DNA of 64,000 nucleotides from Gemmatimonadaceae bacterium (GTDB lineage: Bacteria; Gemmatimonadota; Gemmatimonadetes; Gemmatimonadales; Gemmatimonadaceae). Made by a program: the position numbers and the translations under genes. Of this stretch, positions 9,919-19,954 are shown in pieces; positions within the stretch are counted from its first letter, which is position 1, and each line of letters opens with the position of its first letter. The stretch spans positions 736,001 to 800,000 of the forward strand of contig JBHYGA010000004.1 of NCBI GenBank assembly GCA_051859245.1, given 5' to 3'. Below the pieces are notes generated by a model. It was not told the DNA's origin and did no database searches. It saw only the letters and a list, made by a program, of their open reading frames with translations.

Positions 9919-11022
9919 TCACGCCACCGCGCGAACTGCCACCGGCGTGGCCACCCGTTCGGGCAGCGAACGGCAGCTCGCGTTGCTGCACCCCGGACAG
10001 CGCTCACGATAGCGCGTGTGGTGCGCCTCGCCTGAAATCAGGTGTGTGTTGACGAGGTCGGCGAGTGCGTCGAGAAACAGCGGGGAATCGTTCAATGATG
10101 GCGCGCGGCGAAATCCCTGCAGACCGAGCGAATGCGCGAGCTCGGCGTACTCAATATCGATCTCCGACAGCGTCTCGATGTGATCACTCGTGAACGCAAC
10201 GGGCACAACGAGTACGTTGCGGCGTTGATCAGAAGCCAGACGACGAATTATGGTTTCCGTGGACGGCCCCAGCCAGCGTACCGGTCCGACTTCCGACTGA
10301 TAGGTGAGCATGTGCGGATTCCGCGCGAGCAGCACCTCCATCACGCGTTCAACCGTCGCCCCCACTTCCTGCGGATACGCGTCACCACGATCGATCACGC
10401 TGAGCGGCAGGGAGTGTGCGCTGAACATCAGCAGGACGTCATCACGCTCGTGCGCCGGATACTGTGCAAGCCCCCGTCTGACGGTGTCCGCCATTGCACG
10501 TACGAATCCCGCGTGCGTTGGCCATCGATCAATCAGGCTCCACGAAAAGCGATCCCGTAAGCCGAGCCGGTCGAGCGCGCGCCACAGTTCGTTCAAGCTC
10601 GATCCGGTGGTGGTGCACGAATACTGCGGATACATGGAGAGCGCGATCGCGCGTGTAATGCCATCCGCCTCCATCGCACGCAACGCATCCTCTGCCGAGG
10701 GCTGCACGTAGCGGAACGACACATAGAACCTGTGCGGCGCTGTATGTGGAGAGAGGGCGTCGAGTCGCTTGACCAGTGCGTCCCCTTGCACTGTGGACCA
10801 ATGCAGGATCGGTGAACCACCGCCAATCGCCTCGTACAGCTTTCGCACCTTGGGCACTCGGCGTTTGGCAATGAATCGCCCGAGCACATCCTGCATCGGC
10901 AGGCGCAAGAGTTCACGATCAGCGAACAGGTTGAGCAAAAAGGCCTCAACATCGTCGAGCGTTTTGGGTCCGCCCATATTCAGCAGGACAATGCCGGTGC
11001 CACCAGCGGTCCGAGTCGCCAT
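9919..11022 (-). CDS. hemH: Protoporphyrin ferrochelatase with C-terminal Cys motif
   Basis: LLNMGGP, GGGSP, YPQYSCTTTGSS, FSAHSLP, FTSDHIETL; C-terminal CPGCSNASC. Confidence 0.96.
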   Translation of the reverse strand: MATRTAGGTGIVLLNMGGPKTLDDVEAFLLNLFADRELLRLPMQDVLGRFIAKRRVPKVRKLYEAIGGGSPILHWSTVQGDALVKRLDALSPHTAPHRFYVSFRYVQPSAEDALRAMEADGITRAIALSMYPQYSCTTTGSSLNELWRALDRLGLRDRFSWSLIDRWPTHAGFVRAMADTVRRGLAQYPAHERDDVLLMFSAHSLPLSVIDRGDAYPQEVGATVERVMEVLLARNPHMLTYQSEVGPVRWLGPSTETIIRRLASDQRRNVLVVPVAFTSDHIETLSEIDIEYAELAHSLGLQGFRRAPSLNDSPLFLDALADLVNTHLISGEAHHTRYRERCPGCSNASCRSLPERVATPVAVRAVA

Positions 11023-11202
11023 CGTGTGCACTGATATATTCGGGTGAAGTACGTCCAACGTCGCGATTCTCGCAGCGTGATGTGTCAATCTCAACCCGCT
11101 GATATGCCCTGCCTATGCGCATCGCTACGGATGTGCGTCCGTAGTAGTGCGGGGATACGCGGTGCGAAGCGGCAACTGTGAGTCGGTCACACGGTAAGGG
11201 GA

Positions 11203-11724
11203 GTGTCGATGAATCTTCTGTTTCGACTGCTTGTGGTGCTGCTGCGCAGCATGCCACGCCGCGGTACGGTGGGCGTCCTCGATGTCACCACGTTGCGTCT
11301 CCGGGTCTGGCCGACAGATCTTGATCTCAACGTGCACCTGAACAACGGGCGGTACCTGTCCATCATGGACCTCGGGCGCATCGACCTGATTCTGCGCGTT
11401 GGTCTGCTCGGACGGATGGTGCGTGACGGTATTCGTCCGGTTGTCGGCAGCGTGCAGATCGTGTATCGCCGCTCACTGGCGCCGTTTCAGGCGTTTGACC
11501 TCACCACCCAGCTTATTGGCTGGGACGAGAAGTGGACGTATCTGCGTCAGCAGTTTCACGATGACAGCGGTGCGGTATGTGCCGATGCCTACGTGCGCGC
11601 ACTCTTTGTGCGCCGCGGGGAAAAGCTGACCAGCGCGGAAGTGTCCGCGTTGGCAGGAAACGGCCTGCAAAGCCCGGACGTCACGATGGTCGCCGCCATG
11701 TTTCAGCCGCCGCCCAGATCCTGA
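11203..11724 (+). CDS. Hot-dog fold acyl-CoA thioesterase family protein
   Basis: VWPTDLDLNVHLNNGRYLSIMDLGR motif. Confidence 0.88.
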   Translation: MSMNLLFRLLVVLLRSMPRRGTVGVLDVTTLRLRVWPTDLDLNVHLNNGRYLSIMDLGRIDLILRVGLLGRMVRDGIRPVVGSVQIVYRRSLAPFQAFDLTTQLIGWDEKWTYLRQQFHDDSGAVCADAYVRALFVRRGEKLTSAEVSALAGNGLQSPDVTMVAAMFQPPPRS

Positions 11725-11760
11725 CGGCCCCGGGGGCGTGGTTGCACGCGCAGATCGTGA

Positions 11761-13464
11761 CTACAAACGCAATCCGCTGGTGCGGCCAACCTGACGCCGA
11801 ACCGCGCTGGCCATAGCGGCGGCACTTCCTGCGATGATCACACGTTTCCTCGCACGAGTGACCGCCGTGTAGAGCAGTTCGCGATTCATGACGCGACTCT
11901 CGCGTTCTGGTACGACGACCAGCACATCGTCAAACTCGGAGCCTTGCGACTTGTGGACTGTCATCGCCCACGCCGTTTCCACCGCGGGAAGTCGAACCGG
12001 CGCGATTGCGCGTGTTACACCATGCGCGGCGCGAAAATACACGGCGACGTTCGCGCCATCGCGCCACACAACGCCGAGATCACCGTTAAACACGCCCGTG
12101 CCATAATCGTTGGCCGTGACGAGCACGGGACGCCCGTGATACCACGTGCCCTGTGTGCTGTGCCCCTGACGCGAAAGCCAACGCTCCACCATTTGGTTCA
12201 ACCCTTCCACACCGAGTCGTCCCTCCCGTTCCGGTGAAAGCAAGCGGAACGACTCCAGCGCATCAAGCAACTCCACGGCGCTCCGCGCTTCAACGCAACG
12301 TGTCAGGTTTGGTAGAATCGGCGCCAGCAATGATTCGGCAGAATGTGTTGCGTCGCGCGACTGCACATCTGGCGATCGAGGGTCGGCGCACACGCTGGCC
12401 ACTGCACTCGCGTCTCCCGCAAGAATCGCAGCGGCCAACGCTCCGATCGCCGGCTGCTGTTCGAAACGCCAACTGCGGGTGAGTACGGTAATGCATTGAC
12501 GCAGCGGTGATTCGTTGGGTGCGCTCAGTGCTGAGCGACACAACGCTCCCAGCACGTCGCCCGCATCGACGCTCGCGAGTTGATGATGGTCACCGACCAG
12601 CATGAGTCGTGCGTTGGGCTTGAGTGCTGCCAGCAACGCATCCAGCATGAGCACGTCCACCATGCTGGCTTCGTCAACAATGACCAGATCGGCGTCGAGC
12701 GGATCACCCGCGTGTTTGCGATAGCGATTGGTCTGCGGGCTGTAGCCAAGCAAACGATGCAGCGTGCGCGCCTCGTCTGGCACGTGGACCCGCACGCCGC
12801 TTTCCGTTGCCATCGCGGCAAGACGCAGATTGATGGATTCCGTGAGGCGGGCCGCCGCCTTCCCGGTTGGTGCCGCGAGTGAGATCCGTAACTCCGGCGC
12901 ACTCGTTCGCAACTCGAGCAATCGCCGCGCCACGAATGTCGTCTTACCCGTACCCGGGCCACCCGTCACGATGGAAAACGCCGGCAGCCCGTTGCTCACC
13001 GGCGTGTGCACTAGCGCATTGATCCGGCTCGCAATGCGTGCTTCCGCATCAAAGTACCGACGAAACTGCAACAGGTCGGATGTACGAACCAGCGGCGTGG
13101 CATCGGCCACCCCTCCGACAATTCCAGCGTGTGTGAGCGCGCGTTGCCACCAGGCCGAACTCCAGTCGGTGTCTCCCTCTAGCACGGGTGCGAGTACGTC
13201 GCCCGCGACTTCGCGGGATTGTTCCGCGAGCTGGTCGAAGCTGATCGCGCTGTGTCCTTCGCGGAGCGCACGGCTCGCCAGCAGCGTCGCAAAGCCCGCC
13301 GCGATTGCTTCGTCACCGGGAGCGGCATCGTCATTCGTGCTTCGACGAACAAATGTTGTCGCCAGTTGCACATCGATCGGAGCGCTGTGTGCGGCCAGCG
13401 CCAGCGTACGCAGTGCGGTATAGACCTGATCCCGCAACACTTGCGTGTCTGCCGTCGCACTCAT
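11761..13464 (-). CDS. recD: Exodeoxyribonuclease V alpha subunit
   Basis: GGPGTGKTT, APTGKAA, TLHRLLG, VDEASMVD, AMTVHKSQGSEF, LLYTAVTRA; position in operon. Confidence 0.95.
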   Translation of the reverse strand: MSATADTQVLRDQVYTALRTLALAAHSAPIDVQLATTFVRRSTNDDAAPGDEAIAAGFATLLASRALREGHSAISFDQLAEQSREVAGDVLAPVLEGDTDWSSAWWQRALTHAGIVGGVADATPLVRTSDLLQFRRYFDAEARIASRINALVHTPVSNGLPAFSIVTGGPGTGKTTFVARRLLELRTSAPELRISLAAPTGKAAARLTESINLRLAAMATESGVRVHVPDEARTLHRLLGYSPQTNRYRKHAGDPLDADLVIVDEASMVDVLMLDALLAALKPNARLMLVGDHHQLASVDAGDVLGALCRSALSAPNESPLRQCITVLTRSWRFEQQPAIGALAAAILAGDASAVASVCADPRSPDVQSRDATHSAESLLAPILPNLTRCVEARSAVELLDALESFRLLSPEREGRLGVEGLNQMVERWLSRQGHSTQGTWYHGRPVLVTANDYGTGVFNGDLGVVWRDGANVAVYFRAAHGVTRAIAPVRLPAVETAWAMTVHKSQGSEFDDVLVVVPERESRVMNRELLYTAVTRARKRVIIAGSAAAMASAVRRQVGRTSGLRL

Positions 13465-16400
13465 GCGCTTGCCCCAACAGCCGACGCAATGCGCGTTCCA
13501 AGGGCGCGGTCAAGCGCATCCAGCAGTGCGGGCGTGGGCACGTCGCGAAACCAGCCGTGATCGCCGGTACCGGTGACGCCTCGCAGGAACACGTACGCAA
13601 CACCGCCCCAATGCAGTGCGGGATCGTAGTTGCGCTGTCGCACGCGCAAGTGACGGTGCAGTGCAAGCAGATAGAGATGGTACTGCAGCGTGTAGTGTCC
13701 GTTCATCATGGCAATGTCAACACGGTCCGCTGCGTACTCGGCGTCGTCATTGGCGCCCAGTTTGTTGGTTTTCCAGTCCACCAGCCACCAGCGCCCATCG
13801 TGCTCAAACGCAACGTCAATCACGCCACTCAGGTAGGCACTTGCACTTGAGTCTCGAAGCGTCCGCAGCACGCGTGCGTAACGCTGTGCATGCGCGGATC
13901 CGTATTCTTCGAGCACATCGGCAATGCGTCGTGTAGACGCTGATGACAACGACAGATCAAAGCGCCATTCGCGCACCGTCGCCTCCGGCGGAACGACGTT
14001 GAGGGCAAAACCGGCGCCCGGTATCGGTGCAGCGCAGACCGTCTGCACCATCGCGGAGACATCAGCGACGCGCGGGTTCGCTTCGTCAAGCTGCGCGATG
14101 AACCGATGGGCCAGGAGCTCGCGACGCACCACCGGTTCAATACGCGTCGACTCCGTTCGTCGGTAGTCAACCAGCTCGAAAATGCGATGCATGGCGTTGC
14201 CCGCTGTCGCACCGGCCGGAAAGGCGCGAAATCCAGTTAACGCTGTGGACGCTGGCACGGCCGCAGATTCGGCCGTGAGCTCAATCACATCACGATCTGC
14301 ATCCGCCGTTGGACCCACGATCGCTTCTGCGCCTGACGCATCGAGCGTGAGTGTGGAGAAGCTGCTCGTGCGCCACGTGTCGAGCTGCCGGCGCGCGATG
14401 CGAAGCTCACGCGCGCTTGACGGTCGCGCCGATTCCGAGGGTCGCATTGCCGAGCGTGTCGGCGCGCCTCGTTCCAACTCGCGCAGCATCATGATGCCGG
14501 GCGCGTCGCGCACCAGTCGCTGCAGCACCTCACCCATCGACTCAGCGCCGAGTGGACGCAAGAGATGACCAAGCGCAGAACTTGCGGCAGAGTTCGCGCG
14601 TCCAATTTCACCGAAGGCGATGTAGCAACGGTGCACCGCACGGGTGAGCGCGACGTAGGCAAGGCGCACCGATTCGGCGCGTTCATGCCATTCGTGAAGC
14701 GCGCACCGCTCGGCGTTCTGTGTGCTGCCCAGATCAAGCACTGGGGATTGCTCATCGAAGGCCAGCGCAGGCGTGGTATCGAACGGCCCGCTGATCTCTG
14801 GCGGTGTTGACCAGAGTGTTGGGCAGAACACGATATCGAATTGCAGTCCTTTGGCTTTGTGGATGGTCAGGATTTGCACTGCCTCACTGTCGGTCTCAAG
14901 CCGGAGCTCGCGACGATCAGGGGTATTCGTGACCATGCGTTCGCGCGCAACCCACGCGGCGAGCCCTTCCGGCGCGAGGCCCTGTTCGGCCCACGCTTCG
15001 TGCAACAGCTCGGTAATGTGGCGTATGTTGGTGACGCGGCGATCGCCGTCTGGCAGTGCCAGCAAGCGCGCGATGGATTCACGCTGATCCATGACATCGC
15101 CAACGGCGGCCGCAATGCCGCGATCACGCCACGTTTCGCGCGCCGCTCGGAATACTTCGATCGTGGCCAGCCAACGCGCCTCACCGTCGGATCGCAGCGT
15201 GTCCGCGATGTCTGTGGCTGTACTCCCCCACAACCGTGTGGCCATCGCAGCGCGCACCGCACGGTCGTTCTGTGGCGAGGCGATCGCAGCTGCAACACGA
15301 AGCAGCTCGTCAGCGTCTTCCGAGGCAAAGACATCAGCGTCGCCACCGATCACGGACGGGATCCATGCGGCGTCCAGGCACCGTTTCATTTCGCGCGCTT
15401 CCGCGTTACTGCGTACCAGCACGGCAATCGAGCCAAACGCCGCCCCGCGCTGATTCAGCTGTACTGTCTCGTTCACGATCTCCCGAAAGATGATCGTGCG
15501 CGCGTCGTCTTTCGACAACGTGCCCGCGCTTGTGCCAAGCGTGTTGGGCAACCACCACCACTCCATGGCGTGTGCGCCGCGCTCCGTAAGTCCTGGCGGC
15601 GGTGTGGGTTCACGCGCCGCGGTGACCTGCGGGAAGCCAATCTCGGTTTCACTCACAAGAAACGGATCCGCAGCGCGTGTGAACACGCGCTCGACGGCCT
15701 TCACATAGGCCGACGTGCTGCGATAGTTCTCGAGCAGGGTATACCGGTGCTCTGCTGATGCGGACGCTTTCAGATACGCGTCGATGTCCGCGCCGCGGAA
15801 TCTGAAGATTGATTGTTTGGGATCACCGATCAGAAAGAGCGGGCAGCCTTCAAAAGCCAGCGAAAAAATCGGAAACTGTGTGCGGTCGGTGTCTTGGAAC
15901 TCATCGATCAATGCTGCTTTGAACCGAGTGCGGATACGCTGCGCCAGCGGCCCCTGTGCACCTTCGTCCGAAAGCACAGCAGACAGCTTGCGCAGCAGGT
16001 CGTCAAATCCCATCAGATGTCGTCGTTCCTTTTCCTTGAGGAACGACTGATCCACCGTCTCAATAAAGTCATCGAGCAGCGCCTGCTCTTCGGAATCGCG
16101 GTTGTATTCCACGCGCGTCCCCGGTAGTCGGCGGTACGGTGACACCAGCTTGCCCACCCAGCTTTCAATGGTGTCCTTTTCACCCGCCACGCGCATGGAA
16201 GCGTCAGCGTCAAACATCACGCGCACACGCGCCCAGTCACGCGCCGCGCGGGTGAGCGGCTCCGTTTCATCCTGAATGAACGTGGTGCGGAACGGGACGT
16301 GGCTCTCCAGCGCGCTCTCGGCCAGCATGCGCTGACAAAAGCCGTGAATAGTGTTCACGGCCAGGTCGTCAAGCGACGCCAGGGCACGACGCACAATCAC

Positions 16401-16724
16401 GCCGCCTGCGTCACCGTGCAGTTCACGGAGAGTGAACAGATCATCGTTCGCTGGCTCTCGAGCGGGTGGATTGGCGCTCCAGACCTGATCCGCGGTACGC
16501 AGCGTTGCACGAATGCGCGTCACGAGTTCCTGCGTGGCTTTTGCCGTGAACGTCACGATCAGGATCTGCGACAGCTGCGTGACTTTCCCCTCCAGCAAGA
16601 GCCGAAGCAGCAGTCGTGTGATCGCAAACGTCTTGCCGGTGCCGGCACTCGCTTCCACGAGCGTCACGCCCGGTTCCAGCGGAACGGTAAGCGCGTGAAA
16701 GGCCAGAGTCTCGCGCGTACTCAT
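13461..16724 (-). CDS. recB: Exodeoxyribonuclease V beta subunit (helicase plus nuclease)
   Basis: EASAGTGKT, DEFQD, GDPKQSIFRFRGAD, TIHKAKGL, YVALTRA, nuclease GVIDVAF..LVDWKTN, YTLQYHLY. Confidence 0.96.
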   Translation of the reverse strand: MSTRETLAFHALTVPLEPGVTLVEASAGTGKTFAITRLLLRLLLEGKVTQLSQILIVTFTAKATQELVTRIRATLRTADQVWSANPPAREPANDDLFTLRELHGDAGGVIVRRALASLDDLAVNTIHGFCQRMLAESALESHVPFRTTFIQDETEPLTRAARDWARVRVMFDADASMRVAGEKDTIESWVGKLVSPYRRLPGTRVEYNRDSEEQALLDDFIETVDQSFLKEKERRHLMGFDDLLRKLSAVLSDEGAQGPLAQRIRTRFKAALIDEFQDTDRTQFPIFSLAFEGCPLFLIGDPKQSIFRFRGADIDAYLKASASAEHRYTLLENYRSTSAYVKAVERVFTRAADPFLVSETEIGFPQVTAAREPTPPPGLTERGAHAMEWWWLPNTLGTSAGTLSKDDARTIIFREIVNETVQLNQRGAAFGSIAVLVRSNAEAREMKRCLDAAWIPSVIGGDADVFASEDADELLRVAAAIASPQNDRAVRAAMATRLWGSTATDIADTLRSDGEARWLATIEVFRAARETWRDRGIAAAVGDVMDQRESIARLLALPDGDRRVTNIRHITELLHEAWAEQGLAPEGLAAWVARERMVTNTPDRRELRLETDSEAVQILTIHKAKGLQFDIVFCPTLWSTPPEISGPFDTTPALAFDEQSPVLDLGSTQNAERCALHEWHERAESVRLAYVALTRAVHRCYIAFGEIGRANSAASSALGHLLRPLGAESMGEVLQRLVRDAPGIMMLRELERGAPTRSAMRPSESARPSSARELRIARRQLDTWRTSSFSTLTLDASGAEAIVGPTADADRDVIELTAESAAVPASTALTGFRAFPAGATAGNAMHRIFELVDYRRTESTRIEPVVRRELLAHRFIAQLDEANPRVADVSAMVQTVCAAPIPGAGFALNVVPPEATVREWRFDLSLSSASTRRIADVLEEYGSAHAQRYARVLRTLRDSSASAYLSGVIDVAFEHDGRWWLVDWKTNKLGANDDAEYAADRVDIAMMNGHYTLQYHLYLLALHRHLRVRQRNYDPALHWGGVAYVFLRGVTGTGDHGWFRDVPTPALLDALDRALGTRIASAVGASA

Positions 16725-19700
16725 GCGTTATCAACCAACAGGGGCCAGCTGCCGAAGAGCGTATTTGAGAGTGACTCAAACTCGTCCCACCGATCATGCA
16801 GTGGCGAGGACCCGCGAAAGCACAGCTGTACGTACGGATCGTCTTCATCGTTGCCAACGGTGGCGTAGGCGGAGCGATTCGATTCGTAGGCTTTAATGGC
16901 GGCGGCGCGCGGATCTTTGCGTGCGGTTGACCGGCTGTTGCGCTTGGGTGGGAGTTTCGCCTGCAGATACTCCCATCCGGCATTGGCAAAAAACGGGAGA
17001 GGAGCCAGACGTGCCGCTGCCGTCATACGCAGCAACGCCTGTAGTGTGTTGCCAGCGTCTGACACTGGGCCAAGTGTGATACACTCCGCCTTCTTCTTCC
17101 CAATCACTCTCGTTGTTGTTGGCAGATGTGCGGCGCCTCGTTCGTGCGCCGCGCACATGGCCACGTGCTCAATCCACGCACGAATGTAGTGCTCCGCGCG
17201 CACGCCCCCTGCGCGTACTACCAGTCGTTCAGCCCCACGAATCTGATCAAGCCCACCCGTCAGCGTCCATTCATTCATCACAATATCGAGCCGCGCAAAC
17301 TCAGGGGTGAGCTTGGGCACGGCCACCAGCACATTGTCCACATCGGCACGAAGTTTTGCGTACCACGCGGCACCAAGCGCGTTGAGCGGGAGCTCACCAT
17401 TGGCGATCAGGCGCGATTGTAGCCGCTGGTCGTCGCGCACGCAGTCGGCGGTGACCAAAGACTGCGCCAGAATGCGTGATCGTACCGAGCCGGCGCCCAA
17501 CGCGTTCAGCGAGAACGGTTCGTCATCCTGTGCGTGGTCCATTTCCCGTTGAAGCCAGAGCCTCAGTGATCGCGTACAGTAGAACCGACTCGGATTCTGC
17601 CAGCAATCCGACAGATCACGAAGTGTCAGGTGATGAATCGCATCTGCATCAGACGTTGCAGCATCCAGCGCGGATGTCACGAACGGCGCCTCCGCGCGAT
17701 CGGTCACGTTGTTGACTCGCGCTGCCGCCGCATGCTGCCTGGAAAAAGTGAACAGTGGCGATTCTGTATCGCCATTGAAGTACGCCGGAGCAAACGGTTG
17801 CAGCGGGTGTTGCACGATGAGTGATGCCCGCGCCTGACCGGCCGTGCGCCGATCGAGATGATCCAGTAGCTCGTCTACCACGACAGACGGTGCGCACGGT
17901 GCGTTGTCGCGTACGGCGCGGCCACTGTAGCTGAGGATGAGCTGTGACTGTGCAGCAAGCAGAACATCAAGAAACAGCTGGCGATCATCACTGCGCAGAT
18001 CACGGTCGCCAGGGCGGCGTTCGGCTTCGAGCAAGTCGAAGGCGGCGCGTCGGTCACGCCTGGGAAACACACCGTCATCCAGTCCGGCAACGGCGATCAC
18101 GCGGAACGGCAGACTGCGCATCGGTTTCAGTGCCGCCACTGTCATGCCGCCGGTAAGGAATCCGCTGCCCAGTCCGTCGTCATCGAACTGATTTTCAATC
18201 CAGTCGCGTACGAGCGAAAACGGAACCAGGGCTTCGTACGCCGTGAGCTCGGCAATCTCGCGCAACCGTGCAATTGTGCGATTGAGCGACTCCACAGACT
18301 GTTTTTCCGCGAGGGAGTCGGGCAGCATCAGGCTCTCCACCGCGGCGGCGAATGCGGTGCTCCACTCGTCGAGCGAACGCGCCGTGCGCCACGCACTCAA
18401 GTGCGCCGCGAGTGCATCGATCCAGTCAGCCAGTCGCGCGAGCGTCTCGGGGTCGCCCGCCGAATCACCGGCACTTGGCAAGACACCCAGCACGGTCTCG
18501 TGATAGTCACCAACCGCAACGCCCAGTAACAATCGATCAAGACCAGCACGCCAGCTGGCGTCTTCATATTCCGGCAAGTCGAGCGCGACGCGATCATCAG
18601 CGTCGTAACCCCATCTGACGTTTGCCTGTTGCGTGAGCGCGTCCAACAGCTCCACGTCATTCGGCGAGAGGTCCGCCGCCTGCCGAACAATCGCGAGGTT
18701 CAGCACATTGAACACATCGCTGCGCGCCAGCCGACCGCCATCCAGCGCGAGTAATCGACTAAACGCTTCGGCCGCGGGTTGTGCACGTCGCGCCGGACGA
18801 TCGGCAATTCGGTAAGGAATTCGCATGCCGTCCACACCGCTGCCACCCAACACGGCATCGACCAGTGGTGCCCATTCAGTGGCGTCGGGAACCAGAAGCA
18901 GCAAATCGTGTGGACGGAGCGTGGCGTCGCGTTGCATGGCGTCGAGTAGCTGATCGCGAAGCAGCTCGAGTTGTCGACGTTGTCCATGTGCACTGTGAAA
19001 ACGCAACGACGCGTCGGATGCATCAAGCACAAGCGGGGCATCACCGGCGTCGCCAGCGCACAGTTCCTGTTGTAGTCCGGAGAGCAGCGTGTTGGCGGCG
19101 ACTGGCGTGGTGTGCAGTGAGTGAATGGACGCGCCGTGATCTGTCAGCAGCGAAAGAAACTCACGACTCTGCAGGCCCAGCACCTCACCAACCGGGTGTC
19201 TCGCCTGTTCCGGGAGCGAGGCCGTGTACACGGCGACCGGCACGTGCTCGCTCAACGCCGCGAGCAGTTCGATCACAATCGGCGGCAGTGCGCTTACGCC
19301 AAATACGGTCACGCGCGACGGCAACGCGGATACCGCGCTGGTTCTGACGGCCTCGATCGTGCGGCGAAGGCGTTCGGCGAGATGTGGCGTGTCGCTTTCC
19401 GCGCACAGTGCGCGCCACAGCAGTGCCTGCCAACGCGCATGGGCGTCAGGTACTGGCTGATCGCCACGTTCCCACGCCGACAGGGTATCCGCACGAAACA
19501 GCTGATAGTCATCAAACCGCGCGGCGATCTGCGTGGCCAGTCCAAAACGGGCACGCGCGTCGTTCACACGCAGATAGGCACGCAGCGGCTGATACGCCGG
19601 TTCGTTGAGTGGTAACTGCTGAAGCAACGCGTCAATACGCCACGTCATCAGTTCCCGCGTAAACGGATCGGTATCGGCGCGTGAACTGCGATCCGGCGTC

Positions 19701-19954
19701 ACACGGCGTTCAATGTCGCGCACGAATGCGGCGGGAAATGGCATGGCCAAAGAACCGGCACATCCAAACTGATCTGACAGCTGCAACGTGACCCAGCGGC
19801 GCATGCCCTGACTTTGCACCACAATCAGCTCGTTGTCGCGCGGCGGTAGAGGATCCGAAACCAGCAGGGAGCCGAGATGTGCAAGCAAGGGTGATAACTG
19901 ACTTGCTGTGTACACGCGAAACCGGTCGTTTCGCGGCGGTTGCACGAGCGTCAC
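16721..19954 (-). CDS. recC: Exodeoxyribonuclease V gamma subunit
   Basis: IVVQSQGMRRW, FGVSALPP, GLDRLLLG, LKPMRSLPFRVI, DRDLRSDDRQLF, QHPLQPF. Confidence 0.95.
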   Translation of the reverse strand: MTLVQPPRNDRFRVYTASQLSPLLAHLGSLLVSDPLPPRDNELIVVQSQGMRRWVTLQLSDQFGCAGSLAMPFPAAFVRDIERRVTPDRSSRADTDPFTRELMTWRIDALLQQLPLNEPAYQPLRAYLRVNDARARFGLATQIAARFDDYQLFRADTLSAWERGDQPVPDAHARWQALLWRALCAESDTPHLAERLRRTIEAVRTSAVSALPSRVTVFGVSALPPIVIELLAALSEHVPVAVYTASLPEQARHPVGEVLGLQSREFLSLLTDHGASIHSLHTTPVAANTLLSGLQQELCAGDAGDAPLVLDASDASLRFHSAHGQRRQLELLRDQLLDAMQRDATLRPHDLLLLVPDATEWAPLVDAVLGGSGVDGMRIPYRIADRPARRAQPAAEAFSRLLALDGGRLARSDVFNVLNLAIVRQAADLSPNDVELLDALTQQANVRWGYDADDRVALDLPEYEDASWRAGLDRLLLGVAVGDYHETVLGVLPSAGDSAGDPETLARLADWIDALAAHLSAWRTARSLDEWSTAFAAAVESLMLPDSLAEKQSVESLNRTIARLREIAELTAYEALVPFSLVRDWIENQFDDDGLGSGFLTGGMTVAALKPMRSLPFRVIAVAGLDDGVFPRRDRRAAFDLLEAERRPGDRDLRSDDRQLFLDVLLAAQSQLILSYSGRAVRDNAPCAPSVVVDELLDHLDRRTAGQARASLIVQHPLQPFAPAYFNGDTESPLFTFSRQHAAAARVNNVTDRAEAPFVTSALDAATSDADAIHHLTLRDLSDCWQNPSRFYCTRSLRLWLQREMDHAQDDEPFSLNALGAGSVRSRILAQSLVTADCVRDDQRLQSRLIANGELPLNALGAAWYAKLRADVDNVLVAVPKLTPEFARLDIVMNEWTLTGGLDQIRGAERLVVRAGGVRAEHYIRAWIEHVAMCAAHERGAAHLPTTTRVIGKKKAECITLGPVSDAGNTLQALLRMTAAARLAPLPFFANAGWEYLQAKLPPKRNSRSTARKDPRAAAIKAYESNRSAYATVGNDEDDPYVQLCFRGSSPLHDRWDEFESLSNTLFGSWPLLVDNA

